A stretch of 64,000 bases of DNA from an uncultured virus (IMG/VR IMGVR_UViG_3300006789_000015) (lineage: Duplodnaviria; Heunggongvirae; Uroviricota; Caudoviricetes), in the IMG/VR virus record IMGVR_UViG_3300006789_000015. The stretch is one strand, 5' to 3'. The translations under genes were made by a program, and so were the position numbers. A model generated the notes under the pieces. The model was given only the letters and a program-made list of their open reading frames with translations. It was not told the DNA's origin and searched no databases. Shown one piece after another: positions 27,751 through 37,282 of this stretch. Numbering within the stretch: the first letter of the stretch is position 1; each line of letters begins with the position of its first letter.

Positions 27751-28382
27751 ACGACGGTTCAGTAATTTATGACCTTTGGAAAAAATCCAAAAATGAAAGT
27801 ATTAAATGGTATACCTATTTCCCTAAATACGAACAACACTTTTCTCATTTAAAAAATAAAGAAATTAACTTTCTAGAAATAGGAGTAAGGGGCGGGGGGT
27901 CTCTTGAGGTTTGGCGTAAATTTTTCCCAAATGCTAAAAATATAATTGGCTTAGATATTGATAGCTCATGTAAACAATACGAAAGTCAAAAAGATAACAT
28001 CTTTGTAGAGATAGGAAGTCAAGATAATGAAGAAGTCCTTGATAATTTAATAAATAAATATAAAAATTTTGATATAATTCTTGACGATGGTGGACACAGA
28101 CCCGAACTGCATGAAAAAACCTTCAATCATTTATTTAAGCACTTAAATGAAAATGGGGTTTATTGTATAGAAGACTTGCATACTATATTTTTAGAAGATT
28201 TTAACAAAGATAATAAACAGAGCATTCTGGAAGAGTTACTTCCGAAAATTTTGAAGGGAAACTTTGAATGGCAAACTTCGATGCACCTTTATAGATCAAT
28301 CGCCTTTATAAACAAAATAAAGCCAGAGCCGCCTCATTGGTTTGGAATGCAGGTTAATGTACAAAATCCAGCCAAATTTTGA
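27747..28382 (+). CDS. class I SAM methyltransferase (sugar O-MTase type)
   Basis: LEIGVRGGGSL, GLDID, DIILDDGGH, YCIEDL. Confidence 0.85.
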   Translation: MNDGSVIYDLWKKSKNESIKWYTYFPKYEQHFSHLKNKEINFLEIGVRGGGSLEVWRKFFPNAKNIIGLDIDSSCKQYESQKDNIFVEIGSQDNEEVLDNLINKYKNFDIILDDGGHRPELHEKTFNHLFKHLNENGVYCIEDLHTIFLEDFNKDNKQSILEELLPKILKGNFEWQTSMHLYRSIAFINKIKPEPPHWFGMQVNVQNPAKF

Positions 28383-29173
28383 AAATAAATTTTCTTAATT
28401 CTTACGGTAATACTATAGATCATATAATCTTTCACTCGATAGCTTACGCAACTGTAGATAAACGAGAAGAAGATTACGCCTTGGATAATGGGTGGATGAA
28501 AATGCCCTACTTCCCAAATAAAAACATAACAAATAAAGAAAATATTTGGCTGCAAATTAGGCTTTCCAGAATTAACTTAAAGAAGTTTAAATGGAAGGCT
28601 GACGATAGAAGAATATTTAAAAAATTTAAAAAAGACTACTCTTACGAAGTAAAAAATGTAAATGAAATAACCCCAAAAGAAAGAAGGCGGCTTAAGGATA
28701 TATATTTTAAATACATAAAAAAGAAGAGCTTTTTAAAAACCCCAAGTCTCGAAGATACAAAAGCTTACGAATATGAATTTAAATACTTCTTCCTAGATAG
28801 CGATAATAAAAAAATAGTCCTCCATTACTTCAAGTCAAAACTAATAGCTTTCGCTATAATAGAAGAGTTTGAAAAATCAATTATGGGGATACAATTTGCT
28901 TGGGACTATGAACGTCCTCATTTGCGTATAGGTATAATGCAAAATAATATTATAGCAGACCTTTATAAAAGTAAAAATATAGATTACTATTACCTTGGGA
29001 TGTCTTACGGGAAAGAGTGCGTATATAAAAATAGATATTACGGATTTGAATTTTGGACAGGAAAAGAATGGAAAACAAATAAGCTAGAGTATAGAAAAAT
29101 GTGCATAAAAGATAGTATGATTAAGAACTTTGAAGATTTAGAGCTTTTAAATGATTATTATATTTATGAATAA
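28379..29173 (+). CDS. aminoacyl-tRNA-protein transferase-like (ATE/Bpt family)
   Basis: RINLKKF, IYFKY, KLIAF, FAWDY...RIG, YYYLG...YK. Confidence 0.65.
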   Translation: MKINFLNSYGNTIDHIIFHSIAYATVDKREEDYALDNGWMKMPYFPNKNITNKENIWLQIRLSRINLKKFKWKADDRRIFKKFKKDYSYEVKNVNEITPKERRRLKDIYFKYIKKKSFLKTPSLEDTKAYEYEFKYFFLDSDNKKIVLHYFKSKLIAFAIIEEFEKSIMGIQFAWDYERPHLRIGIMQNNIIADLYKSKNIDYYYLGMSYGKECVYKNRYYGFEFWTGKEWKTNKLEYRKMCIKDSMIKNFEDLELLNDYYIYE

Positions 29174-29582
29174 ATATGATAAAATGCAAGAAAGCTTATT
29201 GAAAGCTATACGACACCAAACGTATTGCAAAATAGCCCCGTCAAAAATCCACGGAGTAGGAGTATTCGCTATAAAACATATACCTATTAATATAGACCCA
29301 TTTAAAGAGTACCCTCAAGGCTCAGAAACCATATTTAAAGTAGAGCATGATTTACTAAAAGATATTGACCCAACTTTAAAAAAATACATCTACCAAATGT
29401 ATGTTAATGATCCTGAATATATTTATCTAGAAAATATATCTCCAAATAATTTACCAATATATTATCGCATGAACCACTCTAATGACCCAAACATCGCTTG
29501 GGATCATAAGAAGAGAAGCTTTAAATCTGTTAAAGGTATAAACGTGGAAGAAGAATTGCTATTGGATTATGACAAGTATTAA
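29151..29582 (+). CDS. SET-domain protein methyltransferase
   Basis: SKIHGVGVFA, NHSNDPN, EELLLDY. Confidence 0.85.
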   Translation: MIIIFMNKYDKMQESLLKAIRHQTYCKIAPSKIHGVGVFAIKHIPINIDPFKEYPQGSETIFKVEHDLLKDIDPTLKKYIYQMYVNDPEYIYLENISPNNLPIYYRMNHSNDPNIAWDHKKRSFKSVKGINVEEELLLDYDKY

Positions 29583-30430
29583 AGTTTAATATTAAATTCT
29601 TCAAGATATTTATTTCTATCCACTTGGTTATTTCTGTCAACACAAGCTTTTAGGATATAACTCTTCATGTAACAGTCCCGCATTTGAAAAAGTAAAGATT
29701 CTGAATCTTTAGGAAAACATTTTCCCCCAAAACCTCTTTTCCCGTCTGGACCGGGAACTTCGGTATGATCGTGACCTATTCTTTCATCTAAGCCTATGCA
29801 GTGAGCTATTGTTTCAAAGTTTAAATCTTTCTTTTTGCAAAATTCATTTAGCTCATTAAAATAACTAACCTTTAAAGCTAAGAAGCTGTTCCTAGCTAAT
29901 TTTACAGCTTCTGCCGACTCGGTAGAGACAACGTGAATAATATTACTCTTTATTTTATTATTTTCGTAAGCTAAGTCCATTAAAGCTTTAAAAATATCAA
30001 GTGATCCTGCGGTAGAAAACGGCCCTTTATTAATACCCAAAATCCAATCTTTATTATTTACAAAGTCCTCTCTCCAATTCGCTTCAGTAAGAAACTCTGG
30101 CATAAAATTAACACCAAGACGTTTACAAGTCCCTACGGGAACCGTTGATCTTACGATTATATTTTCCAAAGGTACAAGATACCCTTTCAATTCTTCCACC
30201 ACGGATTCTACTATACTAGTATCACAAGAGCCGTCTTCATTAGCGGGGGTAGGAACGCAAACAAAAATTAGAGAGCAACAAGCCAACTCTTTCATGTTAA
30301 GTCCCAAAGGGATACTTTTATCGGGGTCTTTATCATACGTAAAGACTTTAACCCCTTCGCACTCTAATAAAGAGGTAGCTGAACCGACAAAGCCCCCACC
30401 AATAACGCCAACCTGTATTAAGTTACTCAT
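29579..30430 (-). CDS. UDP-glucose/GDP-mannose dehydrogenase family (short form)
   Basis: GGGFVG, CVPTP, RSTVPVG, PEFL.E, GFGGKCFPKD. Confidence 0.88.
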   Translation of the reverse strand: MSNLIQVGVIGGGFVGSATSLLECEGVKVFTYDKDPDKSIPLGLNMKELACCSLIFVCVPTPANEDGSCDTSIVESVVEELKGYLVPLENIIVRSTVPVGTCKRLGVNFMPEFLTEANWREDFVNNKDWILGINKGPFSTAGSLDIFKALMDLAYENNKIKSNIIHVVSTESAEAVKLARNSFLALKVSYFNELNEFCKKKDLNFETIAHCIGLDERIGHDHTEVPGPDGKRGFGGKCFPKDSESLLFQMRDCYMKSYILKACVDRNNQVDRNKYLEEFNIKL

Positions 30431-31136
30431 TAAATTTTAAATTAATATCCAAAGGAGTTTGGCAGTAATAATTATGTTCGGGTCTTTGTTCAAGACGCTC
30501 TTCTCCGTACCTGTCTCCAACCATATCTTTATTAATGTGAGTGAACGGAAGAATTTTTTCAGCATGAAAAGAATCTTGAAACCCGAAAGACTTTCTTTTT
30601 TCTCTCTCTAATAAAGTCTCTAAATTATCTTTTTCAAAGAATTTTTCTTTCGTGATTACTTGAATATTAGTTTCTGGAAAAAGATACTTATCAGTCCAAT
30701 AAGTCAACCAGCCACTCTCAAAATTATTTATATCATCAATGATTTTTTTCGTTAGCAAATAACAATCAGACTCAACATGAATTATTTTTTCAAAATCATA
30801 TTTTCTAGCAATATCGAAAGAGAATAAGAAGCTTCTCCACCAGCCAAAATAAGCTAAATGAGATAATCTACCCAAATTATTCGGAAATCTAATTAGATTA
30901 ACTCTGTCTAATCCATCCCACGGTCCACCACCATAATCTTTAATATGTAAATTATTCGCATCAATAATTTTTACGCCTTCGCAGAAAGATATGTCTGGAG
31001 AGCCGTCATCTATGATTACGAGAGGGGTTTCTTTAAAGGCTTCAAGACTTTTATAATAGTCAATCCATTTTAAGTACCTTCCCCTGTACTCCGATTCGTT
31101 TTTAAAAAACCCCGTGCAAAATATGAAACTTTTCAT
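30423..31136 (-). CDS. glycosyltransferase-like protein
   Basis: IIDDGS, IIHVESD. Confidence 0.55.
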   Translation of the reverse strand: MKSFIFCTGFFKNESEYRGRYLKWIDYYKSLEAFKETPLVIIDDGSPDISFCEGVKIIDANNLHIKDYGGGPWDGLDRVNLIRFPNNLGRLSHLAYFGWWRSFLFSFDIARKYDFEKIIHVESDCYLLTKKIIDDINNFESGWLTYWTDKYLFPETNIQVITKEKFFEKDNLETLLEREKRKSFGFQDSFHAEKILPFTHINKDMVGDRYGEERLEQRPEHNYYCQTPLDINLKFNE

Positions 31137-32185
31137 TTTATATATAACTTTTCAACATACTCTACGTTTAATCCGTGACGTGGTTTAAACGCTTTTACCC
31201 ATCTTTTTACCAAAGAGCCGTCATCTACCTTAAGCCACTCCCCTAACTCCGTCAGGCTTTTCTTAACGTTACCTCGGTCAGAAATAATCGAGTCTGGTTG
31301 ACGTGGATGAAGATAATTTATCGGAGTAACTCTGTCCATAGTTAATTTAAAGTCTGTTAATAATTCAAAATGTTGCTCTATCCATTTTTCATAGTACCCA
31401 TCAATATAAAACATTTTTGTTATTTTATTTATATGAGTTAAATAATAGCGAACAAATTCAGGAGTCATTTCAATAAAACTCGCGGTGTTAATTACTAAAT
31501 CTATAGAATTTTCTGAAAGTTTTTCAATATAATGTGGGGGCAATATAATAACATCATATTCATTCATTAACTCTTCGTTTAACTCGTCAAACTCGCCACA
31601 CAAACAAACTTTTAGACCCATGTTCATTAAAAAGTAAGCACTTAAAATCGATGTAGATTCTATATCGATCATAATATAGCAACTATTTTTCATGTTTCTT
31701 TTAAATATAAGAGAAGTCAGCCCAAATCCTCCACCTATTTCCAATACTACGTTTCTTTTGCCTTGGTCTGATGCATTTAACATTTCTAATGCATTTAACA
31801 TTTGATGAACGTAATACCCTAGTCTATATGCGGTTACAGGAATGACTGAATTTTCGTCAATGTCTCTCCCTATTATATTAAAGCTTTTAGGTATTATTAA
31901 AGATTCTAGAGTCGGGCTACCTGAAGTTAACTCTTTAAATTTTTGCTCTTGCCAATCTAAATGAATTTGTAAGTCGGCTTCAGATATGCCAGAGTAATCT
32001 CGAATATTTACGCCCTCAGTTATTGTAGAGTCACCAAATTTACGCAACTCTTCTATTAAGGAATTATTATCATGGACATCACGCACACCACTATACATTT
32101 TGTGCCAGTGACCTCTTGTAAATTCGCCCCAAAGCGAAGATTCTCTGAAAAAACACTTCAGCAATCTATTTTCAATGCTTTTCAT
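31133..32185 (-). CDS. putative sugar O-methyltransferase
   Basis: VLEIGGGFG, DLVINTASFIEM. Confidence 0.7.
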   Translation of the reverse strand: MKSIENRLLKCFFRESSLWGEFTRGHWHKMYSGVRDVHDNNSLIEELRKFGDSTITEGVNIRDYSGISEADLQIHLDWQEQKFKELTSGSPTLESLIIPKSFNIIGRDIDENSVIPVTAYRLGYYVHQMLNALEMLNASDQGKRNVVLEIGGGFGLTSLIFKRNMKNSCYIMIDIESTSILSAYFLMNMGLKVCLCGEFDELNEELMNEYDVIILPPHYIEKLSENSIDLVINTASFIEMTPEFVRYYLTHINKITKMFYIDGYYEKWIEQHFELLTDFKLTMDRVTPINYLHPRQPDSIISDRGNVKKSLTELGEWLKVDDGSLVKRWVKAFKPRHGLNVEYVEKLYIK

Positions 32186-32352
32186 TTAACCCTTCTTAAT
32201 CCCAAAGTTTTCTTGAAAAAAAAGTGAAGCCTTTTCTGAGCCTTCTTCCTTAATAAGTCTAATACCCTCACTGACCACCTCTTTAATCAGTAAAGAGTTA
32301 TCATCCTTCTTATCCTCGTAACTTAAACTAATTCCATTATCGTTTTTATATT

Positions 32353-32490
32353 TCATTTTGGTAATTTTACTCTTTTTCTAGAGCCGCCTTGACCTCTATA
32401 CTTTTTCATACCTTTGCTATTTGTTCCACATCCTTGACGAGTTTTTTTTCCTCTAGGCTTCTGGTATCCTAATGTATCTTTTTTTGACAT
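32353..32490 (-). CDS. 45-aa basic protein (below cutoff)
   Basis: KKTRQG...KKYRGQG pattern frequent in phages. Confidence 0.6.
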   Translation of the reverse strand: MSKKDTLGYQKPRGKKTRQGCGTNSKGMKKYRGQGGSRKRVKLPK

Positions 32491-32510
32491 AATGTTCTAG
32501 TTTATTTTAA

Positions 32511-32587
32511 TGGTACTCCCAGTAGGATTCGAACCTACGACCCTCTGTTTAGAAGACAGATGCTCTATCCAACTGAGCTATGGGAGC
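32511..32587 (-). tRNA. tRNA-Arg(UCU) with encoded CCA
   Basis: GCTCCCA/TGGGAGT acceptor, anticodon loop CTTCTAA, GGTTCGAATCC. Confidence 0.95.
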
Positions 32588-32590
32588 TAA

Positions 32591-32677
32591 TGGTGCTAAA
32601 GGCGGGACTCGAACCCGCATAGCGATCCCGCCGACAGATTTTAAGTCTGTTGTGTATACCAATTCCACCACTTTAGC
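32591..32677 (-). tRNA. tRNA-Leu(UAA) with encoded CCA
   Basis: GCTAAAG/CTTTAGC acceptor, loop CTTAAAA, long variable arm, GGTTCGAGTCC. Confidence 0.95.
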
Positions 32678-32687
32678 TCACGAACGT

Positions 32688-32716
32688 AGGCTAAAAAATA
32701 TAAAAGATTGAGTCAA
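32688..32716 (-). promoter_or_regulatory. sigma70-type promoter of tRNA pair
   Basis: TTGACT-N17-TAGCCT. Confidence 0.65.
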
Positions 32717-33355
32717 CTAGAAATATGCCTTAGCATTTTTAAAATTCTTTTTAAAAGTTTCTTTCCCGTGAAATCCAAACTGGCCAGAGTATGACTTATT
32801 TTCAACTGAAAACGAACTTGCCAAATCTAATGGTGCATATTTAATTCCAAAGCTTTCCATTTGTTCTCTATAAAAATTACAAATCACTACATCTTCAGGA
32901 GCAAAGTCGAATATCTGTCCATTTGAATTATGTTTTTTAAGAGCTTCATCATAGTTAACGTTTTCCGCAACTAACCCCATTAACCTTTTGCTTCGTATAG
33001 AAAACCCACCATTACCAACTAGCCCGTTAGACCAAGGAGCCCCAATATAGTCATAATTTAAAAATTCATTTCGCCAAGCTTCCAGATTAATAGGATAACC
33101 ATCAGTCTGAACTATCATGCAAAATTCTGTTTTTATATATTTATGCAAATCGAAAAGTATGAACTTATTATACTCCTCAAGATTTCTTATTTTAACCATA
33201 TTTCTCGTCTGAGAAAATTGGGGTTTTGACGAAATTAAAACTAAGTCTCCAAACGATATTAACTCTGAAATATCGGACAAAAGCTCAAATGAAGACTCCG
33301 TATTTACGTCATCAATACAAGCAATTGTTACGTTTTTTATAGACAAGTTAATCAT
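32717..33355 (-). CDS. DUF5672-family GT-like protein
   Basis: QTDG, YDYIGAPW, VGNGGFSIRS, FGFHG. Confidence 0.75.
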   Translation of the reverse strand: MINLSIKNVTIACIDDVNTESSFELLSDISELISFGDLVLISSKPQFSQTRNMVKIRNLEEYNKFILFDLHKYIKTEFCMIVQTDGYPINLEAWRNEFLNYDYIGAPWSNGLVGNGGFSIRSKRLMGLVAENVNYDEALKKHNSNGQIFDFAPEDVVICNFYREQMESFGIKYAPLDLASSFSVENKSYSGQFGFHGKETFKKNFKNAKAYF

Positions 33356-33381
33356 GCAAAATATCAGGTGTAGTATTATAT

Positions 33382-33816
33382 ATGTCTATGCAGTTAATTA
33401 CAATGATAGGGGGTAGCGTTACTGGATTTATCTTTCGTTATCTTGCTGAGAGAGCAAAAGAAAGAGCGGAATTAATGCAAATGGCTTTAAATTTAAAAAA
33501 AGCTACAGATGACTCAGCAGATGCAGCAGCTAAAAGGGTTCCAATAGATGTTGGTAAATGGGTAAGAAGGCTTATCGTAGTGGCTATATTATTTGGGGTA
33601 GTTTTAGCTCCATTTATTCTTGCTTTACTGGGGCAAAGTACAATCGTAGAAGTCCAAACTGAAGAGCCAACGTACTTTTTTGGTTTATTTGGAGGAGGTA
33701 AAGGTATAGAATTTGTAGAATTACCAAGCTATTTAATGGTTCCAGAACTAATTAATGCTTTAAGTGCTATTGTTGGGTTTTATTTTGGTAATGCTGCAGC
33801 AGCACGAAAAACTTAA
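33382..33816 (+). CDS. membrane protein (holin-like topology)
   Basis: Hydrophobic segments, AIVGFYFG end; GTGTA-N9-ATG. Confidence 0.65.
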   Translation: MSMQLITMIGGSVTGFIFRYLAERAKERAELMQMALNLKKATDDSADAAAKRVPIDVGKWVRRLIVVAILFGVVLAPFILALLGQSTIVEVQTEEPTYFFGLFGGGKGIEFVELPSYLMVPELINALSAIVGFYFGNAAAARKT

Positions 33817-33834
33817 AGAAGTGTATTAAAAAGT

Positions 33835-33960
33835 ATGGGAACTTGGAGTACAGCAATAGGAAAATTTAAGAAAAAAGACCCCGATCACGGTTGGCTTTGG
33901 AAAAAGATTAAAAACTTTTTTTCAATTAAATTTATAAATATTTGCAATTACAAAAGGTAA
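33835..33960 (+). CDS. 41-aa basic peptide (below cutoff)
   Basis: MGTWSTAIG...WLWKKIKNFF...; GTGTA-N9-ATG. Confidence 0.55.
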   Translation: MGTWSTAIGKFKKKDPDHGWLWKKIKNFFSIKFINICNYKR

Positions 33961-33967
33961 ATAAATC

Positions 33968-35170
33968 ATGAATGAAGAACTAAATAACGATTTGCCAGTA
34001 GAAAACAACTCTACTGAAGAAGTGTATAACGCCTATGGAACTGGGTCGGAGGGAACGGATATTGTAATGCCCGACATATTAATGCCGGAGCCAGAACCAG
34101 AACAAAAAGTAGAGGAAGTTAAAGATACTATAGATGTAGCTTTTAATTTTGCGTTTATTGGTGCTGGTCAAGGGGGATGTAGAATCGCAGAAACTTTTCA
34201 CAAGTTAGGTTATAGAAAAACCGCAGCGTTAAACACTGCGATTCAAGATTTAAACACCATCAAAGAAATTAATAATAAATTATGTATTGGTGATGGTGGT
34301 GCAGGAAAAAACCCCGCAGTTGCCGAAAAGCTTTACTCCCAAAGAAAAGAAGACGTTCTTGACTTCATGAAAGCTTCTTTTGGGGATGGTCTCGATAGAA
34401 TTTTCGTTTGTGCTGGAGCAGGAGGAGGAACAGGGGCAGGAACAGTAGTCCCGCTTGTCCATGCTGCAAAAGAACTGCAAGAAACTGTAAAAGCTGACTC
34501 AAAAAAAGTAGGCGTCATTCTCGCGTTACCAAAAGCTTCAGAAGGAAGAAGAGTAAATGCAAACGCTCACGGAACTTTAAAGAAGGTATACGAGTTGGTA
34601 GATGAAGGGATAGTCTCTCCTTTGATCATCTTAGATAATGAAAAAATAACTAAACTCTACCCAAATCTTGTTGTTTCTAATTTCTGGCAAACAGCTAACA
34701 TGAGTACCGCTGGTTTATTTAACTTATTTAACTTAACAGCGTCAAAAGATAGCAGCTATTCTGCTTTTGATAAAAGAGATTATGAGACTATTCTTAATTC
34801 TGGATGTATCGTATTCGGAGCTTCTCCAGTTACTAAGTGGGAAGACCCAATAAGTATTTCTAGAGCAGTAAGAGAAAATCTATCCAACAATCTTCTTTCT
34901 GGAGGATTAGATTTATCAACTGGCAAAAGCGCGGCAGCTATAGTTATCGGCGGAAAAGAACAGTTAGATAATATTCCTCAAATTAATCTAGACCAAGCTT
35001 TTGACCAGCTATCAAGAATGTTAAAACCCGGAAATGTCGTACATAGAGGAATCTATGTTGGGGATAAACCAAATCTAACTATTTTCACTGCCGTAGGTGG
35101 TATAAGTGAACCAGTAGAAAAACTGGAGGAATTAAAAAAGTTAGGTGACATAAAAGATACAGAAGATTAA
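33968..35170 (+). CDS. tubulin/FtsZ-family GTPase
   Basis: IGAGQGGCRIA, GAGKNP, signature GAGGGTGAG, LDNE. Confidence 0.9.
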   Translation: MNEELNNDLPVENNSTEEVYNAYGTGSEGTDIVMPDILMPEPEPEQKVEEVKDTIDVAFNFAFIGAGQGGCRIAETFHKLGYRKTAALNTAIQDLNTIKEINNKLCIGDGGAGKNPAVAEKLYSQRKEDVLDFMKASFGDGLDRIFVCAGAGGGTGAGTVVPLVHAAKELQETVKADSKKVGVILALPKASEGRRVNANAHGTLKKVYELVDEGIVSPLIILDNEKITKLYPNLVVSNFWQTANMSTAGLFNLFNLTASKDSSYSAFDKRDYETILNSGCIVFGASPVTKWEDPISISRAVRENLSNNLLSGGLDLSTGKSAAAIVIGGKEQLDNIPQINLDQAFDQLSRMLKPGNVVHRGIYVGDKPNLTIFTAVGGISEPVEKLEELKKLGDIKDTED

Positions 35171-35176
35171 AATCGA

Positions 35177-35842
35177 ATGGCGTTTTTGAACGTAAACATT
35201 CCACCTCAAGAATGTTTCGTGAGAGGGGAGTTCTTGAGGAACATGGAAGATTCTCATGGGGCTCATTTTCCATGTTTACTCTTTGGTGCTGCTAGTATCC
35301 CATCCAATGTCCCCCTATTTCATTCTTTGATGGAAGATGGGGGAATTTTTTGGAAACTTCCGATTCATGCTTTTTGCTGGAAGGAAGATGCTCCATCAAT
35401 GGAGCTAGATGAATTAATGCTATGGGACTCCTTCAGCTATCATATGAGCGTAACTATTTTTGACGCTTTTAAATACTCTAAAGTGAAATATACGAGTAGA
35501 AGAAAAAAAGAATATGAAGGGACATATTTATTTACTTTAGATTGGGCTCATGAAGACCCAAACGTCATTAATACAGGATTTTCTGAAGTAGCAGGGCAAC
35601 ATAAGTGTGGTCATTTTATAAAACTGGATAATGGTAATTACGCCATACAACCAAATAATAGGTTAAGGGTCCATGACCCATCATTTTGTGTAAAACCAAA
35701 TCAGAGTATAATAGAGAGAAAAATTCATGACCAACAATGGAGCGTGGAAACTAACTGGAAATGGGTAACTAGTGATGATGACAGATACGATTACGGAATA
35801 GAATCCACCGACCCAGAAGACTATGGCCCAGTTGGGGGTTAA
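35177..35842 (+). CDS. conserved phage hypothetical protein
   Basis: YLFTLDW, HKC.H, LDNGN.A.QPNNR. Confidence 0.75.
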   Translation: MAFLNVNIPPQECFVRGEFLRNMEDSHGAHFPCLLFGAASIPSNVPLFHSLMEDGGIFWKLPIHAFCWKEDAPSMELDELMLWDSFSYHMSVTIFDAFKYSKVKYTSRRKKEYEGTYLFTLDWAHEDPNVINTGFSEVAGQHKCGHFIKLDNGNYAIQPNNRLRVHDPSFCVKPNQSIIERKIHDQQWSVETNWKWVTSDDDRYDYGIESTDPEDYGPVGG

Positions 35843-35863
35843 TAAAGTGTAACTTTATTTAAG

Positions 35864-36475
35864 GTGAAAAGGATATTCGGATTATTATTAATAATAAGTC
35901 TTATTAGCGGATGCAGAACGGGAGGCTCTACTCTTTCTTCGGGTAACCTCGTAAAGGGCTCAGACGGCATCTGGAGGCTAAAAAAGCCCATTCGTGAGAC
36001 ACCTCAGAAGCCCCCGATAATCAAAAATGAGCCTAAAATTATTGATATAAAGTCTCCCGAAGTAAAAGTCACAAAGGGGCCAGTAATAACTAAACCAACT
36101 GCTCCAGTTTTGCCAGAAGTAAAGCCTGAAGAACTGCCTCCCGCAGACATAAAAGCTGCTGGAAGCTTAAAGCCTTTAACTCCAACTGTATCATCAAATT
36201 TAATACCAGTTTTACCCACGCGAGAAAAAGAATTACCCAAAAAAGAATCCAAAGTAAACGTAATCACAAAAGTCGAAGGAGTAACGAATGTCCCCGCAAA
36301 AGAAAAAAGTAGCCTTAAAATTCATTGGCTTGTCTTATTAGGTGCAATAATAATGGCTATTTGGATGTTATACGACTTGTATAAAGAGTTTAAAAATAAA
36401 ACAATTACCCCTACCAAAAAAACTAAACCCAGAAAAAAAAGAGGAAGGCCGCGTAAAAATGTGGAAAAAAATTAA
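35864..36475 (+). CDS. lipoprotein with Pro-rich linker and C-terminal TM
   Basis: Lipobox ISGC; TM HWLVLLGAIIMAIWMLY; basic tail. Confidence 0.65.
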   Translation: MKRIFGLLLIISLISGCRTGGSTLSSGNLVKGSDGIWRLKKPIRETPQKPPIIKNEPKIIDIKSPEVKVTKGPVITKPTAPVLPEVKPEELPPADIKAAGSLKPLTPTVSSNLIPVLPTREKELPKKESKVNVITKVEGVTNVPAKEKSSLKIHWLVLLGAIIMAIWMLYDLYKEFKNKTITPTKKTKPRKKRGRPRKNVEKN

Positions 36476-36530
36476 AAAATTTTTCAAGGACTACTGGGAC
36501 GCTTGGTTATGGTGTAAGCGTAGAAAATAA
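36459..36530 (+). CDS. 23-aa amphipathic peptide candidate
   Basis: MWKKIKKFFKDYWDAWLWCKRRK*; GAGGAAGG upstream. Confidence 0.4.
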   Translation: MWKKIKKFFKDYWDAWLWCKRRK

Positions 36531-36545
36531 ACGTCTCAAATTACC

Positions 36546-36740
36546 TTATAATACTCTATACTTAATTATTTTACCTGACGATTTAGCCTTGTATACAAGA
36601 ACTATTTTAGTTGCACCGAAGGCTTCTGTTTTAATGTATTCCAAATCGAAAGGGCTCTTTCCACTTTTATAAAGGTCGCTTGTGTCCCAAAATCCATCTT
36701 TATTTTTCGTAATTTTTTTCTTAACCTTTTTGTCTTTCAT
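36546..36740 (-). CDS. hypothetical protein
   Basis: ATGA overlap. Confidence 0.55.
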   Translation of the reverse strand: MKDKKVKKKITKNKDGFWDTSDLYKSGKSPFDLEYIKTEAFGATKIVLVYKAKSSGKIIKYRVL

Positions 36741-37282
36741 TTCAACCTCATTAAGAGCTTTAATAAAAAAAGCCCTATATAATGTATTACAGTAAATAAA
36801 AGATAAAGGGGAAAAGAAACTATAATTTTTAACGGCCTAATTAAATAAACATTGTACCACTCTAAACTATCCGAACCACTTTTAGAAAGATTAAATTCTT
36901 CCGATTCTGCCTTAAACTTTTCGTAGTCTTCTACTTCTTCTGAGGTTAACCTTTTTATTTCTGTTAAACTCAATTCTTTTAATTCTCCCTTAAAGAATAA
37001 ACTGGAGAATTCTAAAGAGTAGTCACATTTTTCACCACTCCTTATTCCGAAAAATTTTATCTCACAAGTAAGCTCTTGTTGAGAAATTCCATTCTCTTCT
37101 TTTTTATAAATAAAGCCATTGTCAGCTATTTGATATTCGTACATGTCATCAGTACAAGAACCTATTTTATCGCAAACAAAGTGAAAATCTTCCCAGTCCA
37201 TAGACTTCAACTCTTCTTCTTTTTCAGGAAGAGGTAGGGGATGTTCACACACTACATGATCATGAAAAAAATTTACTTCCAC
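36737..37282 (-). CDS. hypothetical protein with C-terminal TM
   Basis: 181 aa ORF. Confidence 0.65.
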   Translation of the reverse strand: MEVNFFHDHVVCEHPLPLPEKEEELKSMDWEDFHFVCDKIGSCTDDMYEYQIADNGFIYKKEENGISQQELTCEIKFFGIRSGEKCDYSLEFSSLFFKGELKELSLTEIKRLTSEEVEDYEKFKAESEEFNLSKSGSDSLEWYNVYLIRPLKIIVSFPLYLLFTVIHYIGLFLLKLLMRLK

